Source: Candidatus Latescibacterota bacterium (GTDB lineage Bacteria; Latescibacterota; UBA2968; UBA8231). Taken from it: a stretch of 64,000 nucleotides of DNA. The stretch's first letter is position 1; each line of letters starts with the position of its first letter. Both the position numbers and the translations under genes were made by a program. This document shows positions 18,199 through 28,853 of this stretch, one piece after another. The notes below the pieces were generated by a model that worked only from the letters and a program-made list of their open reading frames with translations, had not been told where the DNA came from and did not search any database. The DNA lies in the NCBI GenBank assembly GCA_965261395.1, contig OZ253462.1, forward strand, positions 2,144,001 through 2,208,000, in the 5' to 3' direction.

Positions 18199-20518
18199 AT
18201 GACGACAAAACAGGCCCTTAGCAGTCATCTCCGGGCGTATTACAATAGCCTGAAGACTACCTTTGCCACCAAGCAGGCGACCGAGCACAGCTACCGCTCG
18301 GCCTTTGAGAACCTGATTCAGGAGTTCGGCGGCAAACGAGTTCGTGCCCTCAATGAGCCTAAGCGCATCGCTTGTGGTGCGCCCGATTTCATTGTCGAGC
18401 GGGGAGGAGTGCCCATCGGCCATGTCGAATGCAAGGATATCGATATAGATCTGAACCGCGTCGAACGCGATGACCAACTCATGCGCTACCGCGACAGTTT
18501 GCCGAATCTGATTCTCACCGACTATCTCGAATTTCGTTGGTATGTAGAAGGGGAGTTACACCTGAAGGCACGTCTTGCACACACCGGCAGTCGAGATCGG
18601 ATCGCTATTGACCAAACCGGTGCTCCCCAAGTCGCCGAATTGTTTTCCGCGTTCTTTGCTGCTGACTCCCCATCTATTGGTCGACCGCGTGAACTGGCCG
18701 AGCGCATGGCGGCCAAGGCGCGGCTACTCCGTGACAGCATTGAGCACATTTTGGCTCAAGAAGATGAGGCCGGCCCCCTCCACAGCATGCTCACCGGCTA
18801 CCGCGAGGTACTTATCGCCGATCTGTCGATAGCCGACTTCGCCGATTTGCAGGCGCAGACGGCCGCCTACGGATTATTTGCGGCGCGGTGCCGGCACGAA
18901 CCCGCCAATGGGCCGTTTACCCGCCAGTCAGCCGCGTTTGCCGAGACCACGCCCTTTTTGCGAGATGTCTTCGGGCGGATTGCCGGCCCGGGAATGGACG
19001 AGCGGATCGCTTGGATTGTCGATGATCTGGCGTACTTGCTAGACCGGGCGGACATGGCGTCTATCCTGTCCGAGTTCGGCAAGAAGACCCGGCAAGAAGA
19101 CCCAGTGGTGCATTTCTACGAGGATTTCTTGGCGGCTTATGATCCGCGCCTGCGCAAAATGCGCGGCGTGTACTATACGCCCGAACCCGTGGTGTCCTAC
19201 ATCGTGCGGAGCGTGGACCACTTGTTGCGCACTCGGTTTGACTTAGCCGATGGGTTGGCCGATACGGCGACGGTCGCGTCCGTGGACGGGAAGTCATCCC
19301 ATCCACGGGTGATGATTCTCGATCCGGCGGCGGGGACGGGGACCTTCCTGCGCGAAGTGGTCGCCACCATCCGCGAGACCATCAAGGCTAAGGGGCTAGG
19401 AGGCGCTTGGCTCGGATACGTGCAGAACCACCTTTTGCCGCGCCTGTTCGGCTTTGAATTGCTGATGGCTCCTTACTCAATCTGCCATCTGAAACTCGCG
19501 CTTGAAATTGGCGGCATAGGCCATGGCTTTGCCATGCCCGCTGGCAAGCGGCTCAATGTCTTCCTTACCAACGCCTTAGAAAAAGCGCACGAAGGACCTA
19601 CTCTTCCGCTGTTCGTCCACGAAATAGCCCGCGAAGCAATCGGCGCAGATGAGATCAAGCACGAGAAGCCAGTGATGGTCGTAGTGGGAAATCCACCTTA
19701 TTCTGGGCACTCAGCTAACAAGGGAGCGTGGATTAAGAGCTTGCTGCGCGGATGGGATGGCACACAAAAGACCGGCAGCTATTTCGAGGTCGATGGCCAG
19801 CCGCTGGGCGAACGCAATTCCAAATGGCTCAACGACGACTACGTCAAGTTCATCCGCTTTGCCCAATGGCGCATTGATCGCACCGGCGAGGGTGTCCTCG
19901 GCTTTATCACCAATCACAGCTACTTGGACAACCCGACCTTTCGCGGGATGCGCGAAAGCCTGATGGCGACCTTTGACGAGCTGTACCTGCTCGACTTGCA
20001 TGGCAACGCCAAGAAGAAGGAGCGCACCCCGGAAGGCTGCAAAGACGAAAACGTGTTCGACATTCAGCAGGGCGTCGCCATTGGTCTATTTGTCAAACAC
20101 AAAGATTCGGGTAGCGATCCGTGTCGAGTATTTCATGCCGACTTGTGGGGCGAACGCGAGAGCGGGCCTGCCGACGGTAAATATGGCTGGCTCGCCGCCA
20201 AAGATGTCGATACCACCCAATGGACGGAACTGTCGCCAAAATCGCCAGACTATCTATTTGTGCCACGAGACGAGGAGCAGTTAAAAGAATACAAAACAGG
20301 CTGGAAAGTCACAGACATTTTCCCTATCAATTCGACGGGCATTGTAAGCAAAAGAGATAAAATTGCTTTTCACTTTGAACAAGAAAACTTGTACAGAGTG
20401 TTAAATGATTTCCACACTCTCGACGAGCATACCCTTAAAGAAAAATATAACTTCAGAGAGAGCAGAGATGGTAAGGTAAACTTTGTTAAAAAACATATCC
20501 AAAGTTATGGAATCAAAG
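18199..20518 (+). pseudogene. Type ISP/IIG-like restriction-modification protein, C-terminally truncated by an IS
   Basis: APDF..VECK nuclease motif, GVYYTP, ILDPAAGTG, GNPPY; the reading frame enters the IS at 20519, apparently before the target-recognition domain is complete. Confidence 0.85.
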
Positions 20519-21703
20519 GGCTTTGTTGCATGAAAACCGGTCGGGGCCGTGTTGGCTTCTTTCGCGTGTGATTTACGCTTTTTTGGTTAGCGGATAGGAC
20601 TCAGGTTTCGCCAACGCCCGCATCCGGTTGAGCAAGGCACAGCCCAACCGCGCTTCGGTCTGTTGGTTGGTTAGGGTTCGGGTGCGCAAGGTGTCACCAA
20701 GTATCTGTTTGTAGCGGCCTATCTGCGTTTCGGCTACCGAGCGTCGATGATAGCCGCTCTCGTGTTTCCAACCTCGACGGCCCCGTTTGCGGATGGCTCG
20801 AATCGTCTCATCGCGGGGCAACGGCTCGGCGTTGGTGTTGCCATGTTGCTCGATTTTGGCGTCCTTGCGCGGCGGAATGATCGGATGAATAGGTGCCCCC
20901 TGCTCGGGCGCGGCCAACGCCTTGAACACCTTGCGTTTGTCATAGGCCCCATCGCCGCCCAACGCCTCCACGGGGGCCTCGATCTGTGCCAGCAACGGCT
21001 CCACCTGCCCCGCATCATCGTGGCTATTCGTCGTCAAGGTCTGCGCGACGATCTCGCCGGTGGCTTCATTAACCCCGAGGTGCAATTTGCGCCACGTGCG
21101 CCGCTTGCTCCAGCCGTGCTGACGCACCTTCCATTCGCCTTCGCCATACACTTTCAGCCCGGTCGAATCCACCACCAAGTGCATCGGTTGGTCTCCCCGC
21201 TGGGGCGGCCACGCCACGGCTAAACCCGCCTGACGGCGCGACAGGGTCGTGTGATCGGGCACCCGCAGATCCAAGCCCATCAGGGCCAACACCGAAGCGA
21301 CAAACCCCTCGGTTTGGCGTAGGGGCAAGTGATACAAAAGACGCAGCGTCAACGCCGTTTGGATGGCGACCTCCGAAAAGGTATATTGCGCCCCCCGCTG
21401 AGGCGGCCCTTGATAATACCAAGCTTCGACGGCCTGGGGCGTGAACCACACCGTCAGACTACCGCGCTGTTGCAGCCCGGCCTCATAGTCGGCCCAATTA
21501 CGTACCCGGTACACGACGTTGGAGCGACGGCGAGGCGAGCGACCAGGCTTGACGGAAGAGGGGCAAGACGATAGGTTGGCCATGACAGGTTCCTTGGACG
21601 AGAAAGCATGGGTTTTTTGGCGAAAGTCGTGCTCAATCTACTGAGGAGCCTGTTTTTATTCAACCGATCAACCGAAAAAAACACCAATTCATGCACCAAA
21701 GCC
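20519..21703 (-). mobile_element. IS5 family (IS903 group) insertion sequence, copy 1, no target duplication
   Basis: Terminal IRs GGCTTTGTTGCATGAA / TTCATGCACCAAAGCC; 1185 bp, appears identical to copy 2; flanks differ. Confidence 0.93.
20573..21583 (-). CDS. IS5/IS903-group DDE transposase
   Basis: NWADY..L.QRGSLTVW, DSTGLK, WRKLH, DGAYD, YHRRS.AET. Confidence 0.95.
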   Translation of the reverse strand: MANLSSCPSSVKPGRSPRRRSNVVYRVRNWADYEAGLQQRGSLTVWFTPQAVEAWYYQGPPQRGAQYTFSEVAIQTALTLRLLYHLPLRQTEGFVASVLALMGLDLRVPDHTTLSRRQAGLAVAWPPQRGDQPMHLVVDSTGLKVYGEGEWKVRQHGWSKRRTWRKLHLGVNEATGEIVAQTLTTNSHDDAGQVEPLLAQIEAPVEALGGDGAYDKRKVFKALAAPEQGAPIHPIIPPRKDAKIEQHGNTNAEPLPRDETIRAIRKRGRRGWKHESGYHRRSVAETQIGRYKQILGDTLRTRTLTNQQTEARLGCALLNRMRALAKPESYPLTKKA

Positions 21704-22749
21704 CCTGGGGACTGAAGTTTTCCTTCAGCATCTTCCCATTCCCGATCCAGGAACTCGAAAAGATTCGACGCATACAATAGGCGCTCAAAACCCTGGGCAC
21801 CGCTGCGAAAAGCACTGCCGAAACGGGAGCGTCCTTGCTCCGCAGCTTGAAAGGCCAAGCTAACGTCGCCGATGGTGATCATGCCCATGAGACCACGGAA
21901 GATTGCGTAACACCAAATTGCCAGAGTGCCGGCAACAGACAAGAAACCATAAAGCAAATCGGCCCGCGCTAGACGGAGCCGATGGTTGCGGTCATCAGCA
22001 TGTCGTACTTTCCACAATCGGTGATACTGATCTAACAGGTATTTTATTAGCCCAAAGAGCCTTAGTTCACGGAGCCCTGGCGCGTTCGATAAGAGGTCGC
22101 CAAGGTACTGGATCCGACGACGTAGTTCAGATCGTTCGCGAAATATGTTGTAGTGCCGGGCGGCAAAGCGAGCCCGTGCAATTGCTCCAGGAGCAGCAGT
22201 GAGGATGATCACCACGACCGCCCCAGGATGTATATGTGCGAGCAGTCCGATTATTGCAACCAAGGACAGCACATCAGAAATCCAACCGAACACAAAAAAC
22301 GCTGTGTCGTGCGCCCGCCCAGCTTCCTCCTGTGCATTGTTGAATGAGTCGTGAACAGCAGGAGTTTCAAGGAGCGACGGGTCTAACGCCGCCATCTTGG
22401 CAAACACCTGCATTCGTGCCCGGTGGCTACTCTGCTGGCCAAGAAGCATCCGGACATGCACGGCAAGAGATTGAGTAATTACGCCGAGTACCCAAACACC
22501 AAAGATGCCGGCGACTGGGGGAACAAAGTTGGTTAGCGAATAGCTGCCTTCTATAGCTGAAGATACATTTTCGGCGATCTGATCGATTATGACCTTAGTA
22601 AGCCAAATCTGGGAAGGAACGACTGCGGCATTACCGATCGCCAGCAGCACGGCAACAGAGGTGAGGAACGGACTGGTTCGCCAAATAAACGCCAGCAAAC
22701 GCGGCAGGAGACTTACAAGGGTAGATAGCCGACTTATCCGCTCACTCAC
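21704..22749 (-). pseudogene. ABC exporter: transmembrane domain only, ATPase domain removed at the IS junction
   Basis: ABC membrane-domain-like helices (ELRLFGL, ITIGDV..FEFLD); no Walker A before the IS end. Confidence 0.75.
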
Positions 22750-22762
22750 TCCTAATGACCCC

Positions 22763-24724
22763 TCAGTAAAGGTAGCAGTCCGCGACGCATTGGACGATCT
22801 CCGCCACGGTCGTCTCCGTGCCCTTAATGGCATCGTGTACCCGGTAGTGCCACGGCTCACTCCCCAAGCCGGCGCGCCAATCCCGAATGGCCTGGACATT
22901 GTCTTGACCCGCCTTTTGCAACTGATCCAGACTGCCGCGCACCAGCGCTTGATTCTCCATATCCCCTAAGTCGAGCGTGGCCACTTGTTCGGCCACCCAA
23001 TAGACGCCGCGCGCCAATCCCACATAGGACCGCACCACCCGCGTCTCGTGGGCCAGCTCCGCTTCCTCAAGACCCTCGACAAGTTCCAAGGCCCGGTCGC
23101 AGATCGCGACTTTAGCGTCGAAGTCCTCGGCCGTGAGATAATAGCGGAACATCCCCTCGCCCAAATAGGGCCGCTGCCGCTGCCGCACCATCTCCGCGGC
23201 CTTACCCCAAGAATAGCATGTCGGGAAATCGGAATCGTACACGTCGAATTCCACCGGCCCCATCAAGGTGGCCCACTCGGCCACAGCCTCTGGATCGGCA
23301 TAACCTTCCCGCCGTGCCCATGCCAAAGCGAATTCCGCCTCGTCGCGGCCTTGCATATTCCAAGCCCACTCGGCCAAGGCGTGGATATTGAAGCTGCAAA
23401 TCTGACGCTCTGGACCGCCCCAAGCCATCATGGCGTACGCTCCGCTATAGCCCCGCCGCACCAGTTGGCTGATATAATCCCGCATGCGGTGAGCCGAGCG
23501 CTGCGGCACCTTGAACTCGGGCGTGTCCACCTTGCCGTTGGCTGCAATGGGCACGTCGTAACTGGCGATCCAGCGCCCCTCGGCGGCGTAGTGGTCCAGC
23601 ATAGGATTGGCCATTAAATCGCGCGGTCGATGCAGCACCCTCTCCAGTTCCGTGGCGCAGGCCCGCTCGATCTTCACCTCCGGAGGCAACTCGTCCAGCA
23701 CCCGATAGTTGCGCACGGTGGTGGTGGTCGATAAAAAGATGCGAATCTGCAAATTGGGATAGCGCGTTTGGGCCTGCCGCCAAGCCGCGACAAAGGCCCG
23801 CGCCTCCAGCACAAACTGCCCCACCGCAGTGCATTCAAGACAGCCGCACTGCCCCGGCCGCTCGCTCAACCAACAGCTTATCTCCTCGGCCCCCTGCCCG
23901 GCGATATCCTCCATCCACTCTTGTAGAATTTGCACCAGTAGCGGTTGCGAGGCGCAAGGCACCCGGTGCTGGTTGCCCGCCTTGTGGGCGAAATAGCGCC
24001 CGGTCAAAGCCCCGTCTCCCTTGCCAGCTAGTTCGGGATAGGTCCTGAAAAGGCCGCAGTCGTGCAGGAAGTTGAGATGTAGGATATAGGGCAGATAATT
24101 GAACGCCCGCTGCTGCGCCGCTGCGAACTGTTCTCGGTCGATAGTGGCCCGATTGCGCCGACCGCGTTCAATGGGGTGCAATTGCGTCGAGGCCATTTTG
24201 CCGTAGTTCAGTTTGAGCGTGGCCAGCCACGGGATCCAAGTCTCAGGCTCGGGAAAATTCCACAAGCCCCGCTCGTCCATATCGGGCCAGTCGATCACCT
24301 GTGCCAAGGGGATGTGCACCTGCTCCCGGCCCATTTCGGGTTCGAGCAATTGGATCAGGGTCTGGCAAGCGTAGTACACGCCGCGCTCGTCTAAACCCGT
24401 CAGCACCAGCCCGTCTCGTCCCCGTGGCTCAATGAGGTACGCTTGGGCCTTGTTCTTCAAGCTCTGGAGCCGTTCAATCGCCGTGCTTTTTGCCGGAGCC
24501 ACGCCAATGTCGATGGTAAAGGCCCCACCATCCGGCTGTGCTTTTCCCTTTTCAATGAACAGTGCTTCCAGCTCGGCGGCACCCTGCCGCTCGATTGGCC
24601 CGGCTTGCTCCCGCAGCGCAATGCCCACTTCGCCCGGCTTACAGCGGACGCTGTCGGCAATGTGGATCTCGTGGGGCAAGGGTACCAGATAGGACGTCCA
24701 TTGCGTCGAATTAGCTGTAGTCAT
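22763..24724 (-). CDS. Hypothetical protein with GH20 domain-2-like N-terminus
   Basis: LVPLPHE, QAYLI..LTGLDERGVYYACQTLIQL..IDWPDM..RG pattern. Confidence 0.65.
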   Translation of the reverse strand: MTTANSTQWTSYLVPLPHEIHIADSVRCKPGEVGIALREQAGPIERQGAAELEALFIEKGKAQPDGGAFTIDIGVAPAKSTAIERLQSLKNKAQAYLIEPRGRDGLVLTGLDERGVYYACQTLIQLLEPEMGREQVHIPLAQVIDWPDMDERGLWNFPEPETWIPWLATLKLNYGKMASTQLHPIERGRRNRATIDREQFAAAQQRAFNYLPYILHLNFLHDCGLFRTYPELAGKGDGALTGRYFAHKAGNQHRVPCASQPLLVQILQEWMEDIAGQGAEEISCWLSERPGQCGCLECTAVGQFVLEARAFVAAWRQAQTRYPNLQIRIFLSTTTTVRNYRVLDELPPEVKIERACATELERVLHRPRDLMANPMLDHYAAEGRWIASYDVPIAANGKVDTPEFKVPQRSAHRMRDYISQLVRRGYSGAYAMMAWGGPERQICSFNIHALAEWAWNMQGRDEAEFALAWARREGYADPEAVAEWATLMGPVEFDVYDSDFPTCYSWGKAAEMVRQRQRPYLGEGMFRYYLTAEDFDAKVAICDRALELVEGLEEAELAHETRVVRSYVGLARGVYWVAEQVATLDLGDMENQALVRGSLDQLQKAGQDNVQAIRDWRAGLGSEPWHYRVHDAIKGTETTVAEIVQCVADCYLY

Positions 24725-24737
24725 GAGAGATCCTCCG

Positions 24738-25562
24738 CTAGCGCGGCCTTTTAGGCGGCGTGGCCGACACGCCTTCCATGCCGCCGCTGACGCGGAGCAC
24801 TTCGCCGGTGATCCAAGACGCCGCCGGGCTGCATAAGAAGGCCACGCCTTGGGCAATATCCTCCGGCTCGCCCCAGCGTCCCAAGGGAATGGCCGCGCGA
24901 ATGCGCTCGATCATTTCTTCTTCTGATACCCCTAAGGTGACGCGGCGCTGAGCCATGTTGCGCTGGTTGAATTCCGTGTACACCGGCCCCGGACACACGG
25001 CGTTGACCCGCACGCCGTACGCGGCCAATTCCAAGGCCAAGGTCCGGGTGAGGCTAATGATTCCGGTTTTGGCGACGTTATAAGCGGCCACCAGCGCGGC
25101 CGGATTCTGGCCGTTGATCGAGGAGATATTGACGATGCAACCGGCCTCTTGTTCTTCCATGATGCGTCCGGCGGCGCGGCAACAGTAAAAGGCTCCGGTC
25201 AGGGTCACGTCCAACACCCGATGCCATTCGGCGTCCTCCAGCTCGACTATCGGAGCCACCTGCTGACCGGTGCCAGCGTTGTTGACTAGGATATCCACTC
25301 GCTCCTCTTCGGCGACGAGCTCGGCGAAAAAGGAAGTCACCGCAGCGCTGTCGGTTATATCGAGCGCCACAGCCCGCACGGTTAGGCCCTCTCCTTGGAG
25401 CTTCGCGGCCTCCTCACGCGCCTTATCCTCCTGCCGATCGGCGATGACCACATTGGCCCCGTCGCTGGCTAACTGCCGGGTGATCCCCAGCCCTAGACCT
25501 TGGGCACCGCCTGTGACGACGGCGATTTGTCCGTCCAGCGGACGGCTTTCAAGCTGATTCAT
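24738..25562 (-). CDS. SDR-family oxidoreductase
   Basis: TGGAQGLG, NNAG, YNVAK, RVNAVCPG. Confidence 0.95.
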   Translation of the reverse strand: MNQLESRPLDGQIAVVTGGAQGLGLGITRQLASDGANVVIADRQEDKAREEAAKLQGEGLTVRAVALDITDSAAVTSFFAELVAEEERVDILVNNAGTGQQVAPIVELEDAEWHRVLDVTLTGAFYCCRAAGRIMEEQEAGCIVNISSINGQNPAALVAAYNVAKTGIISLTRTLALELAAYGVRVNAVCPGPVYTEFNQRNMAQRRVTLGVSEEEMIERIRAAIPLGRWGEPEDIAQGVAFLCSPAASWITGEVLRVSGGMEGVSATPPKRPR

Positions 25563-25596
25563 TAGACAACCTCATGTCTGTTTGGGATGACTGTAG

Positions 25597-26685
25597 CTAT
25601 AATCCATAATTTTTCGCCGTCGCGCCGCATATCTGCATGATGGCGTCGCGCTCGGCGGTGCTGAATGCCGCTTCGTATTGGGGCTGATACGCAACTTGCT
25701 CGGCCCAGCCCTGCACCCATGCCTCGTCAGCGTCCAAGTTGCAAAACGCCACAATGTCCGTAATTTTTTGCTCGGCTGCCGCGCACAACTGCTCAAACGG
25801 CACCACCAAACAGCGCGTCTTAAGCGCCTCGTGCTGTAGCACCTCCTCGTAGGTCCAAGCGTAGATCGCATTCCAGTATTCAGCCCAGCCTTCGGCATCG
25901 CGCCCTTCGCCCCACAGCGTCTGGATGTGCTGCGTCTTCTCCGCGTCGATGGTGATGGGGATGCGCTCGTGACCAAACTCGAAGTGGCCGGCGTTGCGCA
26001 GGTAATTGCGGTGAAGCGGGGATGAGAAATGGGCCAAGTTGCGCTGGTGCTGGCGCGCCATGGACGCGATGTGCGCGACCGGATGGCGCACCGCGATGAC
26101 GAAGCGCGCGTCCTCGTACAGCTTGGCCAGATAGGCTATCCGCGTGATATTGTAGTTGTTTTTGCAGACGATGCGCTCGGCGTCGCGGCACAGCAGCAGC
26201 TTCGCCAAGGTCGCCGCGTAAACAGCTTCAAACTCTGGGTGGCTGGTTTGCCGTCCGACCGCGTTGTTCACAGCGGGGTCGTGCAGGTAAGCGAAAAACT
26301 GCATCCACAGGATTTCTTCCATGGCTTCTGGACTATATGCGTTGACCATCATGCCGTCGGCATGTGCTCGCTCCTGTTTGCGCGCCGCGCCCAATCCGAC
26401 GACGCGGAAGATATGGTCGGCCCAAAATGGCGTGAATGCGCCGTAGTAATCGCAGTATTTGAACGAGGTGAGGCGCGGGTGAGACGCCAGTATGTTCAGC
26501 AGCAGGGTCGTGCCAGCGCGCGCCAAACCCGTGATGTAAATGGGCGCATCCACCGCCCGCCGCGCCAACCGGCCCTTGAGCAACTGCGTCTCCAGCTTGC
26601 CCACGTCAATCCAAAAGTTCGGATGCGCATGCACCAGCCAGCCGAAAAAACGCATCAGCCGCGTGTGATTAAAGTCCGTTTCCAT
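25597..26685 (-). CDS. PAPS-dependent sulfotransferase family protein
   Basis: GLARAGTT 5'-PSB loop; RHP...IAS 3'-PB motif. Confidence 0.85.
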   Translation of the reverse strand: METDFNHTRLMRFFGWLVHAHPNFWIDVGKLETQLLKGRLARRAVDAPIYITGLARAGTTLLLNILASHPRLTSFKYCDYYGAFTPFWADHIFRVVGLGAARKQERAHADGMMVNAYSPEAMEEILWMQFFAYLHDPAVNNAVGRQTSHPEFEAVYAATLAKLLLCRDAERIVCKNNYNITRIAYLAKLYEDARFVIAVRHPVAHIASMARQHQRNLAHFSSPLHRNYLRNAGHFEFGHERIPITIDAEKTQHIQTLWGEGRDAEGWAEYWNAIYAWTYEEVLQHEALKTRCLVVPFEQLCAAAEQKITDIVAFCNLDADEAWVQGWAEQVAYQPQYEAAFSTAERDAIMQICGATAKNYGL

Positions 26686-26908
26686 AGCTTATTCGTTTTT
26701 ACGTAAGGACGCTAAATATGAACACAAACGCACTTAGACAAGCCCAGGACCGCATCGCAGAGGCGATTAAGGCCCTTAAGAAGACGCGAAACGAGCATGA
26801 GGAGTACTTGAAGCCGATTGAGACTCGTACGCGCCAATTGCTGATTGACCCGATGCTTGAGGCATTGGGTTGGGACGTTCGGAATCCCGCTCAAGTTCAC
26901 CTTGAATA

Positions 26909-28093
26909 GGCTTTGTTGCATGAAAACCGGTCGGGGCCGTGTTGGCTTCTTTCGCGTGTGATTTACGCTTTTTTGGTTAGCGGATAGGACTCAGGTTTCG
27001 CCAACGCCCGCATCCGGTTGAGCAAGGCACAGCCCAACCGCGCTTCGGTCTGTTGGTTGGTTAGGGTTCGGGTGCGCAAGGTGTCACCAAGTATCTGTTT
27101 GTAGCGGCCTATCTGCGTTTCGGCTACCGAGCGTCGATGATAGCCGCTCTCGTGTTTCCAACCTCGACGGCCCCGTTTGCGGATGGCTCGAATCGTCTCA
27201 TCGCGGGGCAACGGCTCGGCGTTGGTGTTGCCATGTTGCTCGATTTTGGCGTCCTTGCGCGGCGGAATGATCGGATGAATAGGTGCCCCCTGCTCGGGCG
27301 CGGCCAACGCCTTGAACACCTTGCGTTTGTCATAGGCCCCATCGCCGCCCAACGCCTCCACGGGGGCCTCGATCTGTGCCAGCAACGGCTCCACCTGCCC
27401 CGCATCATCGTGGCTATTCGTCGTCAAGGTCTGCGCGACGATCTCGCCGGTGGCTTCATTAACCCCGAGGTGCAATTTGCGCCACGTGCGCCGCTTGCTC
27501 CAGCCGTGCTGACGCACCTTCCATTCGCCTTCGCCATACACTTTCAGCCCGGTCGAATCCACCACCAAGTGCATCGGTTGGTCTCCCCGCTGGGGCGGCC
27601 ACGCCACGGCTAAACCCGCCTGACGGCGCGACAGGGTCGTGTGATCGGGCACCCGCAGATCCAAGCCCATCAGGGCCAACACCGAAGCGACAAACCCCTC
27701 GGTTTGGCGTAGGGGCAAGTGATACAAAAGACGCAGCGTCAACGCCGTTTGGATGGCGACCTCCGAAAAGGTATATTGCGCCCCCCGCTGAGGCGGCCCT
27801 TGATAATACCAAGCTTCGACGGCCTGGGGCGTGAACCACACCGTCAGACTACCGCGCTGTTGCAGCCCGGCCTCATAGTCGGCCCAATTACGTACCCGGT
27901 ACACGACGTTGGAGCGACGGCGAGGCGAGCGACCAGGCTTGACGGAAGAGGGGCAAGACGATAGGTTGGCCATGACAGGTTCCTTGGACGAGAAAGCATG
28001 GGTTTTTTGGCGAAAGTCGTGCTCAATCTACTGAGGAGCCTGTTTTTATTCAACCGATCAACCGAAAAAAACACCAATTCATGCACCAAAGCC
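26909..28093 (-). mobile_element. IS903-group element, copy 2, with 9-bp target duplication CCTTGAATA
   Basis: Same IRs as copy 1; CCTTGAATA at 26900-26908 and 28094-28102. Confidence 0.96.
26963..27973 (-). CDS. IS5/IS903-group transposase
   Basis: Protein identical to 20573..21583. Confidence 0.95.
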   Translation of the reverse strand: MANLSSCPSSVKPGRSPRRRSNVVYRVRNWADYEAGLQQRGSLTVWFTPQAVEAWYYQGPPQRGAQYTFSEVAIQTALTLRLLYHLPLRQTEGFVASVLALMGLDLRVPDHTTLSRRQAGLAVAWPPQRGDQPMHLVVDSTGLKVYGEGEWKVRQHGWSKRRTWRKLHLGVNEATGEIVAQTLTTNSHDDAGQVEPLLAQIEAPVEALGGDGAYDKRKVFKALAAPEQGAPIHPIIPPRKDAKIEQHGNTNAEPLPRDETIRAIRKRGRRGWKHESGYHRRSVAETQIGRYKQILGDTLRTRTLTNQQTEARLGCALLNRMRALAKPESYPLTKKA

Positions 28094-28853
28094 CCTTGAA
28101 TACAAAGGCACCTCGGGCAAACCCGATTACGCGCTATTCTCGCATGGCAACGTGGTCGCACTCATTGAAGCAAAGAAATTGGAGACACCACTAGCCCGTA
28201 TCAAAGTGGAGCAGGTGATAAAGTACGCGCGTGATAAGGCACTCACCAGTTTGAAATACGTCGTGTGGACTAACGGCGATCACTGGCAGATATGGTCAAT
28301 GGAGGAGGATCGAGAAGAGTCGTTCCAGCTCTCTAACACGCAAGAGTACGAATGCGCGGCAAAGGTAATACAGCTATTGCGTAGTGCGTTGGAAGTGCAG
28401 GAGATGTCATCGACGCCTAAGCCCAGTCGTGTGCATGAGACCATTGATCCGTCCAATAACGGCGATTGGGAGCCGCTTACGTCATTAAAGGTAGAAAGAG
28501 GTCAGAAACTTCCGACGAACACCAATATCAAGTTTCCGGACTCGAGTACAAAACCGCTCAAGCATTGGACCGATATGCTCGCCTTCGTTGCGGAGTACTT
28601 GGTTAAAACGGGCAAGATTTCAGCACAGAATTGTCCAGTAATTAAGGGAAATTCAAAACTATACCTTCTACATACTGAACCGATTCACCGGGACCTCAAG
28701 GAGTTTATGGCCAAGCGAGAAATCGGGAACGGGTTATGGTTGCTTACCTATTTTAGCGCAGATAAAATGCACGAAAACGCCTGTTGGCTCCTCGATAAAT
28801 TCGGCGTCAACCCCTCCACCGTCCTCATCAGCACCAACCAGAGCTAGCCCCCG

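Larger units (their letters stand above)
26718..28847 (+). pseudogene. HsdR_N-type PD-(D/E)xK nuclease gene interrupted by IS copy 2
   Basis: Removing the IS and one copy of the duplication gives TRQLLIDPMLEALGWD..HLEYKGTSGKPDYALF..IEAKK..WTNG.HW in one frame. Confidence 0.85.

Noticed and set aside
27844-28161. ORF conserved at the IS ends (also 60896..61126)
   Set aside because: The similarity just reflects IS sequence conservation; it crosses the element boundary or overlaps the transposase.
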